From positions 1,116,001 to 1,180,000 of the forward strand of contig CM075988.1 of NCBI GenBank assembly GCA_038087875.1: a stretch of DNA of 64,000 nt. The letters are read 5' to 3'. A program made the translations under genes and the position numbers. The DNA is from Malacoraja senta (taxonomy: Eukaryota). Position 1 is the first letter of the stretch; each line of letters opens with the position of its first letter. Shown in pieces: positions 60,661 through 64,000 of this stretch. Under the pieces are notes generated by a model. That model saw only the letters and a program-made list of their open reading frames with translations, was not told the origin of the DNA and did not search any database.

Positions 60661-60979
60661 TGGGGCTGTCCCACTAAGGCGACTTTTTAGGCGACTGCAG
60701 TCGCCACATGGTCGCCACATGTTCGCGGGTGGTTGCCGGGCAGTCGCCTTCATGGTCGTAAAGAGTTCCCGCATTCTGGGAACTCGTCGCTGCCTCATTA
60801 TGGTCGCCGCGAATTTTTCAACATGGAGAATAGCGAGAATTCTCGAGCCGTAGGTGGGTCGCCAGGAGGTCCCAATGGGTTGCCAGGAGGTCGAAGGTTG
60901 TAGCCGGTGCTGATGGGTGAATTTCAATGGCTCATTGGGGAAAAAAACTTAAGCAGTAGTTTTCAGAACCAAGGATAAT
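60661..60979. mobile_element. Harbinger-type MITE left part; probably continues at ~63708-63965
   Basis: Starts TTA|TGGGGCTGTCCCACT, similar to the TIR at 23930. Right TIR not seen in the window. Confidence 0.6.
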
Positions 60980-63707
60980 CTTCAAGTTCAAGTTCCATTT
61001 ATTACACCTATTTATATGCACCTATTGGTGCAGCGAAACTTGGCACACAAATAAGATAAAAACACTATAGAATTTAACTTAAAACATCCCCCACAGGAAT
61101 CAACGTTTCCCACTGTGAGGGAAGGCAACAAAGTTCAGTCCTCTTAGAAACATAGAAACACAGAAAATAGGTGCATGAGTAGGCCATTCGGCCCTTCGAG
61201 CCTGCACCGCCATTCAATATGATCATGGCTGATCATCCAACTCAGTATCCTGTACCTGCCTTCTCTCAATACCCCCTGATCCCTTTAGCCACAAGGGCCA
61301 CATCTAACTCACTCTTAAATATAGCCAATGAACTGACCTCAACTACCTTCTGTGCAGAGAATTCCAGAGATTCACCACTCTCTGTGTGAAAAATGTTTTT
61401 CTTATCTTGGTCCTAAAAGATTTCCCCCTTATCCTTAAACTGTGACCTCTTGTTCTGGACTTCCCCAACATCGGGAACAATCTACCTGCATCTAGCCTGT
61501 CCAACCCCTTAAGAATTTTGTAAGTTTCTGTAAGATCCCCCCTCAATCTTCTAAATTCTAGCGAGTACAAGCCGAGTCTATCCAGTCTTTCTTCATATGA
61601 AAGTCCTGACATCCCAGGAATCAGTCTGGTGAACCTTCTCTGTACTCCCTCTATGGCAAGAATGTCTTTCCTCAGATTTGGAGACCAAAATTGTACGCAA
61701 TACTCCAGGTGTGGTCTCACCAAGACCCTGTACAACTGCAGTAGAATCTCCCTGCTCCTATACTCAAATCCTTTTGCTATGAATGCTAACATACCATTCG
61801 CTTTCTTCACTGCCTGCTGCACCTGCATGCCTACTTTCAATGACTGGTGTACCATGACACCCAGGTCTTGTTGCATCTCCCCTTTTCCTAATCGGCCACC
61901 ATTCAGATAATAGTCTACTTTCCTGTTTTTGCCACCAAAGTGGATAACCTCACATTTATCCACATTATACTGCATCTGCCATGCATTTGCCCACTCACCC
62001 AGCCTATCCAAGTCACCTTTCAGCCTCCCAGCATCCTCCTCACAGCTAACACTGCCCCCCAGCTTCGTGTCATCCGCAAACTTGGAGATGTTCCATCAAT
62101 TCCCTCGTCCAAATCATTAATATATATTGTAAATAGCTGGGGTCCCAGCACTGAGCCTTGCGGTACCCCTCTAGTCACTGCCTGCCATTCTGAAAAGGAC
62201 CCGTTTACTCCTACTCTTTGCTTCCTGTCTGCCAGCCAGTTCTATATCCACATCAATACTGAACCCCCGATACCGTGTGCGTTAAGTTTGTATACTAATC
62301 TCTTATGTGGGACCTTGTCGACAGCCTTCTGAAAGTCCAGATATAACACATCCACTGGTTCACCCTTATCCATTCTACTAGTTACATCCTCGAAAAATTC
62401 TATAAGATTCGTCAGACATGATTTACCTTTCGTAAATCCATGCTGACTTTGTCCAATGATTTCACCACTTTCCAAATGTGCTGCTATCCCATCTTTATTA
62501 ACTGACTAGCAGTTTCCCCACTACCGGTGTTAGACTAACTGGTCTGTAATTCCCCGTTTTCTCTCTCCCTCCCTTTTTAAAAAGTGGGGTTACATTAGCT
62601 ACCCTCCAATCCTCAGGAACTACTCCAGAATCTAAAGCGTTTTGAAAAATGATCACTAATGCATCCACTATTTCTGGGGCTACTTCCTTAAGTACTCTGT
62701 GATGCAGCCTATCTGGCCCTGGGGATTTATCGGCCTTTAATCCATTCAATTTACCTAACACCACTTCCTAGCTAACCTGGATTTCACTCAGTTCCTCCAT
62801 CTCATTTGACCCCCGGTCCCCTGCTATTTCCGGCAGATTATTTATGTCTTCCTTCATGAAGACAGAACCAAAGTAGTTATTCAATTGGTCTGCCATGTCC
62901 TTGTTCCCCATGATCAATTCACCTGTTTCTCACTGCAAGGGACTTACATTTGTTTTAACTAATCTTTTTCTCTTAACATATCTATAAAAACATTTGCAGT
63001 CAATTTTTATGTTCCCTGCCAGTATTCTTTCATAATCTATTTTCCCTTTCCTAATTAAGCCCTTCTTGTTCTTGTTCCCCGTGGTCGGGGCCTAATGAGC
63101 CTTCCGCAGTCGCAGAAACGGCGGCCCAATGTTTCAGGCCCTCTCGCCGGGATGATGGAATTCCGGCGTCGGAACGGAAGAATACTCTCAGCGGCTTGGA
63201 TTTTCCGAATCAGCCGCTTTCTACCAGAGACCACGGCTTCTGAAGTCCACAGATCGAACTGGGCGGAGCTCCAACACTGGCTATCCTCAGCGAAAGATCC
63301 CACGCCTCTGCGATGTTAAAGGCAGCGCCACCCGCAGCTGGAAGCTCCGCAGACCACAGCTCCACGGTGTTAAAGCCGGCAGGCCCAACACTCTGGAGCT
63401 CCAACACAGAGATCCACGATAAGGCATCGCCCACTCCGCAATGGAATTCAGTGCTGAGCCTCCGCTGAATCTCTGGCAGGAAAGGCCACGCCAATCCAGA
63501 TGGTAGGCCGCGAGGGGGGGGGGGGCGTAGATTCGGCGCGGAGAAAATACGCATCCTCGACCAGGTAGTGACTGAGAAGACGGTCCCCCCCCCACATAAT
63601 AAAGACTAAAAGACCTCCAAAACAAAACTTTTAGACACTAAAAATAACAAAAAGGATGAAAGGACAGACAGCTGCTGGTGAGGCTGCCACACACGATGGC
63701 GCCACCA
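60980..63707 (-). mobile_element. GC-rich non-autonomous retroposon (60980-61145 and 63070-63707) hosting a CR1
   Basis: (TTGAAC)n tail. Body similar to 438-862 (aaacatcccccac...cccactgtgagggaaggca). Confidence 0.65.
61146..63070 (-). mobile_element. CR1 LINE (family A), 5'-truncated
   Basis: Tail tagaaacatagaaac; RT ORFs 62498-62764, 62242-62475 and 61343-62011. Confidence 0.95.
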
Positions 63708-63968
63708 CTCGTTTCACTGCCGTGTCCACCGAGCTTCACAGCTGTGTATCTCTGGCTTCTTAAAAGTTTGCTCCACTCCTTCTCCGCCCTTCTCCCCCCC
63801 TCTTTTAAAGGACTTACCGTACACTGTGCTTTCACCGTCTTCCATACAGCTTCCTGTTCATCGCAGTGTGTGCCTGTATCACATTGGCTTTGCACCGTGT
63901 GAATTTCACTCAGACAGCGCTCCCCCCGCTTGCCCAGCCCCCTGCATGCATAACGAGCTCGTGAAGGA

Positions 63969-63970
<2 letters not shown>

Positions 63971-64000
<30 letters not shown>
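63971..64000. repeat. (GT)n microsatellite
   Basis: Perfect GT run to the end of the window. Confidence 0.95.

Noticed and set aside
59611..64000. Next upstream ST14 exon (expected ...VTGWG...)
   Set aside because: Not found; the region is mostly repeats, so the exon presumably lies beyond the window.

Overview
Eukaryotic, transposon-dominated vertebrate DNA. The repeat repertoire (several CR1 LINE families, HE1/V-SINE-like SINEs, Penelope-derived elements) suggests a cartilaginous fish such as a skate, ray or shark; this is inference. The only host gene I can support is the 3' end of a matriptase (ST14)-like type II transmembrane serine protease on the minus strand: a 137-bp exon at 59474-59610, a last coding exon at 54824-54985, and a probable ~1.5-kb 3' UTR ending near 53340. 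The rest is deeply nested mobile DNA. It includes the 3' half of a degenerate env-bearing endogenous retrovirus (integrase, env, PPT, 3' LTR; 1-12106) and three related Mag-like Ty3/Gypsy LTR retrotransposons. One of these has identical LTRs and an open 1.1-kaa pol; another has a shared-LTR tandem arrangement and a fold-back duplication. There are many CR1 copies, including a chimeric copy with an almost intact ORF2, plus Tx1/L1 and Rex1/Babar fragments and hAT, Harbinger and Helitron-like non-autonomous elements. The most interesting signal is a family of ~90-230-bp TSD-flanked elements that begin exactly at a minimal hammerhead-ribozyme core (CUGANGA-stem-GAAA-CG-UH). The same motif lies downstream of a Penelope GIY-YIG ORF remnant in this window. 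There are no CRISPR arrays, rRNA genes or intact tRNA genes. Boundaries without TSD support are approximate, and all alignments were done by eye.
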